From: Catajapyx aquilonaris
Lineage: Eukaryota
Direction: 5' to 3'
DNA: 47,678 bases
Assembly: GCA_000934665.2 (NCBI GenBank)
Contig: KZ538784.1
Span: 1 to 47,678 of the forward strand
Part shown: positions 1 to 12,536 of the stretch, piece by piece
Layout: each line of letters opens with the position of its first letter
How positions within the stretch are numbered: position 1 is the first letter of the stretch
The notes under the pieces: generated by a model
The model's database searches: none
What the model was told of the DNA's origin: nothing
What the model saw: the letters and a program-made list of their open reading frames with translations, nothing else
Position numbers and translations under genes: made by a program

Positions 1-1851
1 TATTCTTTAACGCCCAGCAGCACTGGTCAAGCCCCTTATATTGACAAGCAGAGGAATGCAATCATCCTGATCAATATATGGGAGTGGACATAGTCTGCAG
101 GAAAAAAAAAACCCTAGACGAACCATATCGAGTGAATAGGCATGTGCAACCAGCCAGCAGGTGTGAGTACAATAATTGAAGAGAGAAGCGTGCGACTCAA
201 TTAAGCCAGGTTATAGACTGCATAATTGAGGTAGCCGATGCGGCATGTCCAATGGCAGCAGTAGCAGCACACCTGAGCTGTCCCCACGAGACCTGGTGCC
301 ATGCAGCACTTCCCATCCATAATGCCCCCTCCTGGCTGTCCGCCCACCGCAATCCAATTCATCAGGGATAACTAATCGGCCTCGATTGGCTTCTTCCGTC
401 CCTCGACTTCACTCCGTCCTAGTCTATACTCTATACATACATGCACCTGCGCATTTCGATCATCCTTGCCACAGCCAATCGCCATCCACAACAACACGTA
501 TATGGTGCACTCATCTCCATTACACAAAGTCTGCCATTATACATGGTGTTTCAAGTTCGTGGGGGAATTTTATAGTAGTTATAGCTGTATATGAAATTTG
601 GGCGATACTAGTGACTAAAACTGGCTATTATTTAATAGTTGGTTCATATTTTCAATTTTAAACAAAAAAAACTATGCATCACCATGATAGCTTATCATGT
701 CAAACCATATCACCTACACAGCATATTACACCGTGGCTTACCACCCAGCCACGAATGGATTTATCATATCTATCCCCCCCCCCCCCNCCCCCCCCCCCCC
801 AACCCTACAGATAAAACCGAGGTTAGTCTGATAAAGAATTCGGCGTCTCTAAGGTTTATCTTCACTTCCTGGAAAAATATTCTCACCCTTCAAGTGACGC
901 TTATTTGCACTTCAATTTTCAAAGCGTAACGTCCGCAAAAATTTCTAGCCTCCACCCTTTTTTTTGAAAAAAAAGGGTGGGGGGAGGGGGAGACTTAAAA
1001 TATATATCTGCAATGAAGCATATACACATGCAGAAAATCGTCACACCCCTACACCAACTCACCCTATTTTCTCCCCCTTCACACGCGTCTCTTCATTTGG
1101 CTCTCTCCTCTTTGGCAAGGCAAACAGGGCGTGTTTGCCCCTACCGCCAGCCTGGAAAAGGGAAGGGCGCTAACGAGGGAAATCCCCCTCCCGCCCCCAC
1201 CCACCTTACCCCCTCATGGTATAGCCTTGTTGAAAAATACGACCCCCCCCCCCCCCAACCCCTCTTTGGTTTTATGATTGTTATTCTTATTATTCACCTT
1301 GGGAAAGAGGGGCTANGGGAGAATAGGGATATTTTTTTGTGGGGTATGGGGAAGGTTAGTCAGCTTGGGAGGTGAGTTCACACTTTTGTTGAGGGATTGC
1401 TTAGAGGTGATAATCACTAGGGAATGTTGTCGTATGCTTAAATTCTGGTAACGGATGTTACATGGGCGTAATTACTGTGACGTGTTTCAGGTGTGTAGAA
1501 AGTACACCTGGTTGAACGGTTTGCAGAAATACGATGACGTTCGTGATACTGGAAAGTCAGATTAGTATATTTATGTGGACACCTTAGTTTAGCCTGAGGT
1601 CATATGCGAGTTTAAATGTCCGTTCAAGGTAGCTTATTTCAGCAGTTACTTTTACTGGATAGTTGATAATATTAGGCTGAATTGACAGTCTGCAAGATCT
1701 GAAGCTCAATGAATTTCTGATTGTAAATGGCCCATTGGCACAGTTGGCATCAAATGATTGAACAAATTTTTGCAAGGAAGTTAACCATGCAGCCTAAATA
1801 TTATAGCAGCGAATACTTCTGACAACCACAAAAGCTATTCAGTATTCACAA

Positions 1852-2061
1852 CACTGTTAACCCGCAAAACATTAAAAGAGCATCACTGGTGAGTCTTTCA
1901 TGGAACATCAATTTTTAATGCTCTTCTAATGCTCTGCTAATGCTCTTGTGATGCTTTTTAGCAGCAAAAAGCATCATAGGAGCATCACAAGAGCATTAAA
2001 AATTGATGTTCCATGAGAGACTCACCAGTGATGCTCTTTTAATGTTTTGCGGTTTACAGTG
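1852..2061. mobile_element. Foldback MITE with CACTG...CAGTG ends (CACTA/EnSpm-like)
   Basis: The arm CACTGTTAACCCGCAAAACATTAAAAGAGCATCACTGGTGAGTCT...ATCAATTTTTAATGCTCTT is mirrored at 1989-2061, with internal ATGCTCT/AGAGCAT sub-repeats. TSD imperfect (AA/TA). Confidence 0.8.
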
Positions 2062-2159
2062 TAGTTACGGCTTAAAAATAAACAGCTTATTCATTCACTG
2101 AATATATGAATTCCTCCTGTTTTGGAAGTCGAGATTATGATCATATATTCATTCACTGA

Positions 2160-2445
2160 GGGGAAGGTGCGGTGGCAGAGATGGTAACGTCTCGGCTTGC
2201 TGTGCGAAAGGTCCCGGGTTCTAATCCCTGCCCGGGAGTTACCTTTCGCCTGCGTCAGTGGGTCTCTGGCGCGCGCCTAAGCAGGCGCCTTGGCAACCGG
2301 CCTCCTGGGGGACTGCACACGACCCTTTTCTGACATTGCACTTGCACCTGTGTCCTCTCCCCAAAACCCCAACCCTTACCCCATTTCCTAGTATTCCTTC
2401 CACCGGAGAGCGAAGTAAAAATTAACAGAAAACTGATGGTGGTGG
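2160..2445 (+). mobile_element. tRNA-derived SINE
   Basis: A box TGGCAGAGATGG (about 2173), B box GGTTCTAATCC (about 2217), GC-rich body and pyrimidine-rich 3' part. The 3' end is approximate. Confidence 0.65.
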
Positions 2446-3074
2446 TTCCATCACATAGCTATACGGTACGGTACACCTTATCCCTTTTCTATCTGAGTCT
2501 TCATCTTTATGCACTTCATTTGTGTTTGAATATTACGGACTATCGGAGTTGGACTCTCAGTCATATCAGCAGTCTGGGGTTAATGACCAAATATACACTG
2601 TCTGGGCTCAGGAGGATCACTCTACATTGCTTGTGTGCATACAAGTACAGTGCAAGTAGTAGAAAAATGCATGACACTCAAAACATTCTATTATTTTGTT
2701 AGTCCTTTGATTTTTTTAAAATTTTTAATTATTACTCTCCCGAATCCATTCTTTTACATTTTCATTTCGCGTGTAATGTGGTTCACTAGCAGGTGATGTT
2801 ATCATATTAGAATAAGCATATAACTGTATGACTCTTTGGAGACACACGTGACAAATTGAGGCAGCGTCCAGAAGGTCTGAAGCAGCAAAAGCTTTTTTAA
2901 AAATAAGGCATACGATCTGATGCGTTTATCGTATAAGAATATGGGTTTGTAAATCCTGATGTTTGCTTATTAAAATGGTGTATTATGCAACAATTGGCTG
3001 CCATTTTTTGAGAGCTACATTCAGATCTCCTAATTTCAAATTATTGTATTCTGATTTAAAACAACAAGAATGAA

Positions 3075-3412
3075 GAATAAATCTGCCAAAAAGGATGCTG
3101 GTGGTAGGGGATGCATGTGGAAGAAGAATGGCATGGGTCCGAAAGGCCCGCGACAATGTTGACGTCGTTGATGTCTATCCTGACAAGTATGGATACCCCC
3201 GCACATGCATGTATCGCTGGTTGCCGGAGTCAGGCGGTTGAGCAACTGTCTGGGCGTGCGAGCGCCTGACTCCGACAACCGGCAATGCAGGCATGTACGG
3301 TGGTATCCATGCCTGTCAGGATGGATATCGTCGACGTCAAAAATCGACAACTCCAAAACAGATCATCGCCCCGCCGCCCTTTCGGACCCCCCACGCCATG
3401 CTTCTTCCATAT

Positions 3413-3490
<78 letters not shown>

Positions 3491-3766
3491 TCATACCCCG
3501 TTATCAGCCATCAGCTCTTTAGGGGGGAAGTTTGTTTTGCCTGGAACGCTTTGCTTTTCATTTTACTGCGCTCTTTGGGATAGGATAGGATAGGAAGGAA
3601 GCGGCTGTGGCCTATTAATTACGGAAGCAACTCCGGAATTTTCCTGGAAGGACCGTGCGGGAAACCCCAGAAAACCACGGTCAGAGTTGCCGGCCCCGCT
3701 GCTTCTTCCATATATGCATCCCCTACCACCCGTATCATATTGGCATATTTATTCGTATACACCCTG
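3075..3766. mobile_element. Mariner/Tc1-like palindromic MITE, copy 1 (left tip lost, interrupted by a SINE)
   Basis: Homologous to 8263-8648. Right end ATTCGTATACACCCTG followed by TA. Internal inverted repeat GGTTGCCGGAGTCAGGCG / CGCCTGACTCCGACAACC. Confidence 0.85.
3413..3699 (-). mobile_element. 5'-truncated SINE with (TTA)n tail and 14-bp TSD
   Basis: TGCTTCTTCCATAT occurs at 3399-3412 and 3700-3713. The body matches the SINE at 19011-19250 (GGGGCCGGCAAC..TGACCGTGGTTTTCTG..AATAGGCCACAGCCGCTTCCTTCCT). The tail is the TAA run at 3413-3491. Confidence 0.9.
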
Positions 3767-6700
3767 TATAGTGTTACGTGACATTATGTAGCCTATACCC
3801 ACGAGACTTTTAATGTCAAAAATTGGGAACATTGGTGAATGGCACCTGTTGCTGTCACCAAAAGAAACTAACATGTTGCAAAATGATAACGTCCATTTAT
3901 CATTTTGCAGTTACAATATAACATGGTCACATACACTATAACAAGGCGTGGCCCATACACTACACAAAAATGCAGCACAGATGTGTACTATCCATATATT
4001 TTTTTCCATGCTACATAGTGACGTGCTTGTGACGCCTCTTTCATTTTGTTGACTCTTCCCTTTGTATCCTGTTTAACCCGTAACGAGTCCTAGCGTCCAC
4101 ATAAAGAGTTCGTTAGGAACGATTCGCCAGCAGCTTTTTCCTATACGGTGCACACACACAAAAAAATACAGCGCTAATTGAATTAACACCTCCTTTCCTT
4201 CCATACCCCTCCTGCCGAGTTTGTCAAGGACTTTTCCTCATACACAATATACGTGCTTTACATCCCCCATTTTTTATATACACACTATACCTATGTCCAT
4301 TTTTTTTTTATATATATGACATTCGTCATTCATGTGATGAGATGTACTGCACACATATTTTGTAGGTTGTTATCGATGTCAGACCTGTTCCTTATAGCAG
4401 CGAATGCGACGCGATAAAAAGTATCGAGTCAATATTCTCGTCATTTCCTGAAGGAACGGTAGACCTAAGTCGGGATTTGGGAGGGAGAGGTGGAGTGGGG
4501 GAGGATGGGGAGGAAGAGCAAAATCATATGCTGTTACAAGTTAGGTTCCTGAAGCTATTTGGAGAGGGAAACGCCTGGTCTTGGAGAGTTGGGAAATGAA
4601 AAAGGGCGAAGAGGTTGGGATGTCCCCGAGGGAGTTTTGGGCGTGAACAGGCAGTTGCCTAGCGACCGGGGGGGGGGGGGGGNAGAGGAAAGGGAAGGGT
4701 GGATGGGTGGGTGGGTGGGGAGGAACCCTCGTCTCGCCCAATCTCAAGCCTTCATCCACGATCGATTCCACGGGAAGTAACCCAGGAAGGACACTCTTAG
4801 CCAAAACACATGACTGATATTCATATGGTATGAATGATATCAGATTTCGAAGAAATTATATTGTTAGATCCAATTTTGTCAAAGGTGGCAAAGATAATTT
4901 GAATAAAGTCGTAATTTGTTATTTTGGTATATATTACACATTACAATCAGAATTTTACCGCCATTTTTTTGACAACTATTGGTACAAAGATGGTATTATT
5001 GAAAAGTATTCGACAAAATGAGCTTTTAATACTGGTCATTGACATTGTTCAGCAAACTTCCAATCGGTTTTTCTTTCTTTAGAAATTACAATAATAAACA
5101 ATTGGCTGTGACTAGGATGAATTACGACCGAAAAGTGTTGGTTTATCCTACCATTTGAGATACCAATGAGTTTTGTGGAGACATAAATCTGATTGGGAGT
5201 GTGGATTCTAGAAAGACTTGTGCTGAGGACTTTTTTTTCCTTTTTTTTTCTTTTTCAGAGTTCCTCTTTGGAAGGAGCAGGTTGATGAAAGACGATTTCT
5301 TTGTTTGGGTTGAGATGGTCTATTTGCACAATAGAAGCCTTTAGGGGTGGTNGGGGTGGGGGGAGGTGGGCGCTAATAGGAGGGGGAAGGCATGCAGATA
5401 AGCGCTAATGGAGCGGCGCCAGCTTTTTAAGCAATTCCGCAAACACTGCAAATCGGGTTTGCATCTGAGGCCAAGAACAAGAAGGAAGATTAGCAGGTCT
5501 CTTTTGCAATGGAGACCTTTCTCTTAGGAAAGGTTAGTTTCCCCTTTTCGCGGTTCATCATCGACCAGTAGCTCTAGAATTTTTTTTTGTGTGTTTTTAA
5601 AGGCTATTCAAACATGAGCTGCTGATCGAAGAGTTAATTTTCTAAAAAAAAAAAAAGAAATAAAATCGACACGGCTATTACAACTTTAAAAAGATATAGC
5701 TAGATGGGAGTCAGGTTTCTGTAGCATCTAGGCCAACTTGGTCTATATCTGAAGTGGGCATTCTGCACATTGAGAGAGTGTACTTAGAGGAGCATTTTCT
5801 GGGGAGGGGTGGAAGTGCCTAGTGGCGCTTCCTATCGACTACTGGCCTTGGATGCAGAATACATAAGTAAGCCCTACGCGTTTTGGGACACAAATATCAA
5901 GAAGCGGCCATTTTGTGTCAGGAGGATTGTGTGTCCCTAGTCCTCCCCAAGATGGCCACCAGTACTGTAAAATGAGTAGAAAATGACCGACGATGAGAAG
6001 AGACGTGGGAATAAAAGAGAGGTGTGCTTGCGGCGGGTGGGCCCATACATCCCCCGAACACAATAAACAATTTCCAATGGGGAGGGCAAACAAGGCTTGT
6101 TTGTCCTCCAGCTGACTGCGTTTGGAGAGCAAACCCGCGCCTGTATATTAATTTCGCGTGTTGCAGCGCGATGGTGTGCAAATACAATTATGCCGGCCTC
6201 AACCCGGAGCTCCAACCTTATTCCATGGCTCGGCCCGTCAACCATTTTCCACTTCCATGATTGCTACTACTTCAATTCACCGCTTCCCATACCCCCCATC
6301 CACCTTTCTTCTCCTGTTTCGGTCCGCCTTCATGCCTGCGACAGACTTCTATCAGCCCATTGTTTTAAAATCAAAGTAAAACTGGGTTCTGAATGATTCG
6401 AACAAGTACTGTTATTTGGCAGGTTTTGTAAGCTATATTTTCACATGGGGAAGGGGGAGCATATATAAGCTGATACTAGGTATTAATCAGCAAGAAGCTC
6501 AGATAACTGTAAGTTTTGAATTAATCAAGGATAAGTCGTTATTTTATCAATTATCATCGCGTGAAACCGTTTTTTTAAATTAGAAAATCCAAATTCATAA
6601 ATGGGACAGCGTGGCACCATTGGTAAATAAGATATCAGGATATCAAATCAGCCTTTAAGTTGAGGAAAAGTATAACATTCCATATAACGGCAATTACATT

Positions 6701-7178
6701 TAATGAATTTGCCAACGGATGCATTTGAAATTTAGGGCCTCTGTACATATTTTGGATATTTCTATAACTTATCTAATGAGTATAATACAGGAGTCATGTC
6801 GTGTAATATACGAAAACGATATGAAATGGTCTATATCTTTCATAGATTAATGCGGGTGGAAATAAGGCTCTCGCTTGATCAGCTTTTGGCCTTACGATAA
6901 CAAGGTGTATCTGAAACACGTTCTGTATATACAGGAGGAGAATTAAAGAGGTGCATGTGCATCGTCATCTGAAGGAGTGTCTATCACAATGGAGGTATTT
7001 TATCGTGGTGGGTTAGGAAATTATCCCACACTGCTGCGTAAGTAAGATGAACATAAGTCCAAGCGAGTGTTTACATTATAAGGGAGTGTTCCCATAAGCA
7101 GCACCTTGTGTGATTACACATTTTTTTTTTGTTCTTGGACCAAAAGTCTCTCGAAATTATATACTTTGTCTATATATT

Positions 7179-7179
<1 letters not shown>

Positions 7180-7238
<59 letters not shown>
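7180..7238. repeat. (TAA)n microsatellite
   Basis: About 19 perfect TAA units. Confidence 0.95.
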
Positions 7239-7239
<1 letters not shown>

Positions 7240-7518
7240 TGGGGCACGTGCTGTATGTAATTAAACCGCAGCTAATTTAATGAACTGCGAATGTCTATTT
7301 TCATAAAAATGGCATTCGGATTTAATTATTAACTAAAATAACCATTAATCATGAGCTACCATATAGTATAACATAGGCTACTAAATTTCAGAAAAGCTGT
7401 GAGCACTATTCCAAAACAATGTTTCATCACTGTCATTACTGGGGTTTGCAGTTCTTTTTAGCCTCTCATTTTCACTCTGACTTGCACAAGACGTACGCGT
7501 GAGGTTCACATATATGAC

Positions 7519-8216
7519 TAGAGTCCGGAATTTTAGCGGGCACGAAAAACCTTTGAAATAGGCACGAAAAAACCTTGAAATAGGCACTTAAATAGGCACG
7601 AAAAAACATAAAATATGCCCAAAAATTGTTACTTTTGTGGGCGTATGGAGGCTAATGTTACATACAAAATCAAAAGAGAGACAAATTTTATATGCCTCAA
7701 GTATAAATATAAGGTCACAAATCAGAGAAAAAACTGAATAACAACGATACACTGACAGAAAATCACAAAACTTGGGCAAAACACAAAGTAACACTTGCTC
7801 TGGACGCTACTGCTTATAGCCCGTTTCCACTTGCACAGTGTGTTACCAAATATATTTCATTAGTGAAACTAATGACTTCTGAACAATTTTGGTCCTTTTA
7901 GGAGCACAAAAGTATAGCCTACTTTGCAAAAAAAACACACACCACTGAAGGAATAGGTCCAGAATATACCCAAGAAGTTCCGAAATTGCTTCAACATGTT
8001 CAAAAAACTATCCCAAAAAGGCCAAATAGGCATGAATATGCGCAAAAAGGCAGAATAGGCAAAATAGTTCCCAAAACCACGAAATGTGCAGTTTTAAGCA
8101 CTATAAAACCTACATTTTCAGCATATCCTGTACCTATGAAATGGATAGATATCTTCACAAAACCATGCCAACTGTAAAGGAACTAAATAGGCATTTGCCT
8201 AAAAATCCGGACTTTA
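7519..8216. mobile_element. Non-autonomous DNA transposon, MULE/Mutator-like
   Basis: TIRs TAGAGTCCGGAATTTTAG / CTAAAAATCCGGACTTTA; perfect 10-bp TSD CATATATGAC at 7509-7518 and 8217-8226; subterminal AAATAGGCA repeats (7556-7600, about 8024, about 8055, about 8185). The superfamily is inferred from TSD length. Confidence 0.85.
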
Positions 8217-8262
8217 CATATATGACTATACAGGGCGCTATACTATGGCTATGCTCACAATA

Positions 8263-8648
8263 CAGCGTGTATACGAATAAATCTGCCAAAATTATACTGG
8301 TGGTAGGGGATGAATTTATGGAAGAAGTATGTCATGGGTACGAAATGCCGTCGACGATGTCCATCCTGACAAGTATATGCATACCCCCGTACATGTCTGC
8401 ATCGCTGGTTGCCGGAGTCAGGCGGTTGAGCAACGGTCTGGGAGTTCGAGCGCCTGACTCCGGCAACCAGCAATGCGGGCATGCACGGGGGTATTCATAC
8501 TTGTCAGGATACACATCGTCGATGTCAAAAGTCGACATCTCCAAAACGGATCGTCGCGTCGTCGGCCTTTCGGACCCATGCCATCCCTTTTCCATATGCA
8601 TCCCATTCCACCCATATCATTTTGGCAGTTTTATTCGTATACACCCTG
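8263..8648. mobile_element. Mariner/Tc1-like palindromic MITE, copy 2 (near full length)
   Basis: TA + CAGCGTGTATACGAATAAATCTGCCAAAA ... TTTTGGCAGTTTTATTCGTATACACCCTG. Almost the whole element is an imperfect palindrome, and CAGGGTGT-type ends are mariner-like. Confidence 0.88.
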
Positions 8649-11600
8649 CTATATTCCAGAAATCGGGTACATATGTGCAACCGAGAAAACGTAAAGCGTT
8701 TCCATATGTACGGTAAAAGAAGCTGTAATACCGCGTGTTGTGAGAGAATTTAGGTCCCGTACAGGTGGAAACTTCGCGGGCGCTCGTGTGAACTGTCCGT
8801 CTAGACTCTAGAATAATACATAATAGGCTACCGTTGAAAGCCCCATTGAATGCGCTTTTCAACGGTGTATGTAACTCACTGGCACACTTGAAGGTGAGGC
8901 AACAGAACTAGTAAAAAGGAACGTCCGAAAGATTTTGACTGATGCGAAATTGAGATGACTTGTGTCATATTGTATTTACTTACATGCAGTGTCGCAAACG
9001 AGTGCACAGAGTTTGGTGACCAAATTTTCTTCACATACCATTCTGTAAGTATGTCGGATGTAAGAGTCACCCTGGCTTGTTCTCTACATAAATTATAATG
9101 AAATATTCCAGGCAGGAACTTCATTTTTTGATGCAATATGCAATATACCTCGTATAGATAGAACTGACTAAATTTACCTCATGCTCCTAACAATCACAAT
9201 CTTAAGATTGCGGTGGATGACCCTAGCACTATTTTGCAATGATATACTGTATACTGAGAGGTTATCTTTTGAGGGGCAATGCCTTCATGAACTTTTTAAC
9301 TGTATAATGTATTCTTGGATAATGGAACATTATATGAAACCCATTTTTTTCTGCAGCATTATACTGCTTGTTTGAAAGGTGGATCAGCTTAGGTGATGCA
9401 GAAAATGATTGCTAGTTAGCAGTGACAGACTCGATGGCTGTGTCATATCGATAATCTTTTCCTGCCTGAGATTCACATGATGCAACATGGCTCAACCCAA
9501 GAACGTCAGAGATCTTTTATCAGGTATCATCGTCGCTTCCTTTCGTAGAAAATCAGTTTTGTTGATAACATTGCACGTACCCAACGTTATTGTTTACGTC
9601 GTAACAGAGAACTTTGATTAACTTTTTTTTCCTTCGCAACGATGCATCTGATAATGAGGTTACTCGAGAGTGTTCATACAATGCATGTATACACAGTAGT
9701 AACACTATCAATGCCAGCAGAGTATTAGCTGGTAGCAACTAGTTCCATCATCAATCCCCGTACCTTTCATAATATTGGATGTTTTCTATCAGTCTGAGTG
9801 ATTGAATGATGGCGGGAGTATATACTGTAAGCAGAACATTTCATAAGATTGCCATTGATACCATCCACTCTATATGCATTGTATTATTATACAACACAAC
9901 GTATCTTCCTATTTGAGCGATGACTCACATTTTAGATATTATACAGGGGGTAACACAATAGGTATTTTTTTCTATAGTCTATAAAAATACTAAATGCTCA
10001 AGGGGCGGAAGTGACGTACTCTATATCCTCCCTTCCCTAATTGTTCCTATACCTTGAGGCAATTTTCCCCCAAAAAACCCTGGTTTTGTTGAAATTCATG
10101 ATCCCACGTTTTTGTCCGGTTTTAAAGCGAGGACAGAGCCTCCAGGGCGAATTTTCCGCCCCATGACGCTACAAATAGGCCTACTCCCTTGCCGCATGTA
10201 TAGGCTGTAAGACAATGAGTTTGATAATAAATCAGGGATCACGGCTTATGATTCGCCAGTGTGGAAGGTAACAAGATGGTCTGGGACGCATGCAGCAGGA
10301 GATCATGTGTACGTACAATATATAGCCATGTTCCCCCTTCAATTCCCTGGCCACCCGTCCGTTTGATCCGACTTTTATTGATAGGAGGTAAAAGGGGGGG
10401 GGGGGGATGGTGGGATTGCTGGAGGGGGGTGATTCCACCCTCCCCCCCCTCCCTCCACCAATCCCTCTCATTTGTCGCAGATCCTGTTCCGCCCCTCTAC
10501 TGTTTGTTTTGGGGATCATCCCCCCATCAAGTTGTTCCGTGCAAAAGGAAAAGGCCGGCTTTACAGGGGGGCCCTTGCCATTATAAACCTCCCTCCCCCC
10601 CTCCCTCTCTCTCTAGCCCGACTCCCATCCCACCCTATGCCATGTGTCCCACCATCCATTTCACCCTTCTCTCAGCTACACCAATTGCACCTACACTGGA
10701 CTGTCTCTATATGTACAGTATGTGTATGACTATGGGATATCAATTAATATATGTGGGGAACATAAGACAGTCATCTCCTAGAAGGAGTTATGTACGCACA
10801 CAAAAATTCTTCGTGTACGGTACATTCGAATACTGCAATAATTATTTCTATGTAGAGCGAGTGTTACTTTTTATTTAATTCTATCAAAAATTACAGGGAG
10901 GGTGGTTAGATTATGACGGTAAAATTCATAACCCATGAAATATTTATATCCCAATATGTTAAACCGCTAAATAGATATTGGGATGCCTCAAAACCAGTCG
11001 CTCGGGGACTCCAGCTGCTTACATGACACCCTATCACGTACTGTACATATTTGAATTCTATATCATATTCGAACACTTTACTGGGATTAACTTATTTTAT
11101 GTCTTGCTGATTAATAGGCTATACCAGGTTTTTAGGACAACCAATACTCATAATGCACTGGCATGTGAACAATTCCATATGTCATATAATAGGAACAAAA
11201 GCATCGATTGAAAGTGACTAATTTATTAGAATTTCATTACATTTTATTAACAGTTATTTTACACACAGTAGGGTGTGGATAGGTAGTTTTTTGTGACCAA
11301 TATTATCATGAAACTGCATATTATTTAACACAAAATTAACCTTGTTTATTGACATGTTCATGTAACATGTCATATTGACGGTGCTGAACTCTAGAAAAAT
11401 GCTAGTTATATTCTATATATGCGGTACACTGTATTTATACTGCGGTGTATTTATGGTCGCACGAGATTGAAGCTTATCGCAATTTACAAATTTATGGATT
11501 ATGTTAATTTACACATATCTACCATGCAATATGTCAGCAGTTGACACACCTACATAATGCACAAACTTTTTAGACAACTTCTGGCTTATCTCTTGAAAAA

Positions 11601-11789
11601 TATTTTAAAAGCTATCTGACAAGATATTAGTTACATCGACACTTCTTGTGATAGCCCTAACTCACCCCATTTTGAATCCATCTTGCTTCAATCAAATGCT
11701 GAATTTATACCAACAAGACCGGTGTGTCACCTGCTGTCCCATAGGTGACCATGTGGTACAATAAGTAACATACAACCCATGAGCGAATG

Positions 11790-11990
11790 AGACGCTTGGC
11801 CGCAAACGGATTAGGCTGCCTGCCTGCCGGCCAGGGTGGGCTTCAATCCCCGGACGCGAAAAATCCAGAGATTGTGGCCAACAAACGAGATTAAAGCTGT
11901 GCTGTTCCCCTGGTCCGATCCTGTTTGTTGTGCACCAAATTAAGCCAATTTGAGCTGCGGTCCTTCCCCTTCTTCCCTTTTTCACCCTTG
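11790..11990 (+). mobile_element. Possible degenerate tRNA-derived SINE
   Basis: A-box-like TGGCCGCAAACGG (about 11797) and B-box-like GCTTCAATCCC (about 11841) at tRNA spacing, followed by a pyrimidine-rich 3' part. No TSD seen. Confidence 0.35.
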
Positions 11991-12411
11991 GGATGCGCCG
12001 CACTGATTTCTCGCCCAATTCCCTCAAAACCTTCTTCTCGATGCGGTACTATATACAGAGGGTGGGGGTTGGGGGGGGGGGTCCTTGCTCCATTTCACAC
12101 CCACAGTGGACCTTCCCTGGAACATCTCATTCGCTTCGATCGTCACGGGGGGGCTGGATGGACAATAGTGGAGGGATTCACCTGGAACCACCCCCGGGAG
12201 AGTCGCATGTCAGTTAGGGGGAAACCCGTATAGCTTTACCCTCGTGATGGGGGTTCTCTATAGGATGTCCAATTTTATTGTTGGTTTGTTGACACCTTGC
12301 ATAGCGTTATATTGGTTCCAAATTAGGAAAGAAGTTGTTATAGATGAAAGCTTAAGAGTGTTTCAAAATGTGTTACATTTTCAGTAATAAAAAGAAATAC
12401 AGCTGTATTAT

Positions 12412-12536
12412 CCTTCTGAGACCCCTGGTACAGTATACTGTACCTTTGGTTTTTCCAGCACCTTCTGACTAACTCAAACGCGTTAAAAAAAACCAAAAAC
12501 AAAGGTACAGTATATTGTACTCCGGGTCTCAGGAGG
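12412..12536. mobile_element. piggyBac-like MITE
   Basis: TIRs CCTTCTGAGACCCCTGGTACAGTATACTGTACCTTTG / CAAAGGTACAGTATATTGTACTCCGGGTCTCAGGAGG, flanked on both sides by TTAT (12408-12411, 12537-12540), a TTAA variant. A related orphan end lies at about 15558-15590. Confidence 0.8.

Noticed and set aside
775..800. Poly-C/poly-G tracts containing N (also about 4667, 16762, 19457, 35276) as G-quadruplex elements
   Set aside because: The Ns show uncertain base calls and lengths; there is no evidence of function beyond composition.
952..980. Small hairpins at 952-980 and 8830-8866
   Set aside because: Stems are only 10-14 bp, the first mostly homopolymer; not distinguishable from chance or slippage.
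3285..3593. Poly-Ile/Asn ORFs (and poly-Tyr/Ile ORFs at 16089-16364)
   Set aside because: Translations of (TAA)n microsatellites.
7538..7610. Spaced AAATAGGCACGAAAAA repeats as a CRISPR-like array
   Set aside because: Eukaryotic context, no unique spacers; they are subterminal repeats of a TSD-flanked transposon.
8084..8716. 210-aa ORF
   Set aside because: It runs across the boundary of two unrelated MITEs and through a palindrome; no domain recognised.
10261..10878. 205-aa ORF
   Set aside because: Non-ATG start, built from G/C homopolymer tracts, no recognisable motif.
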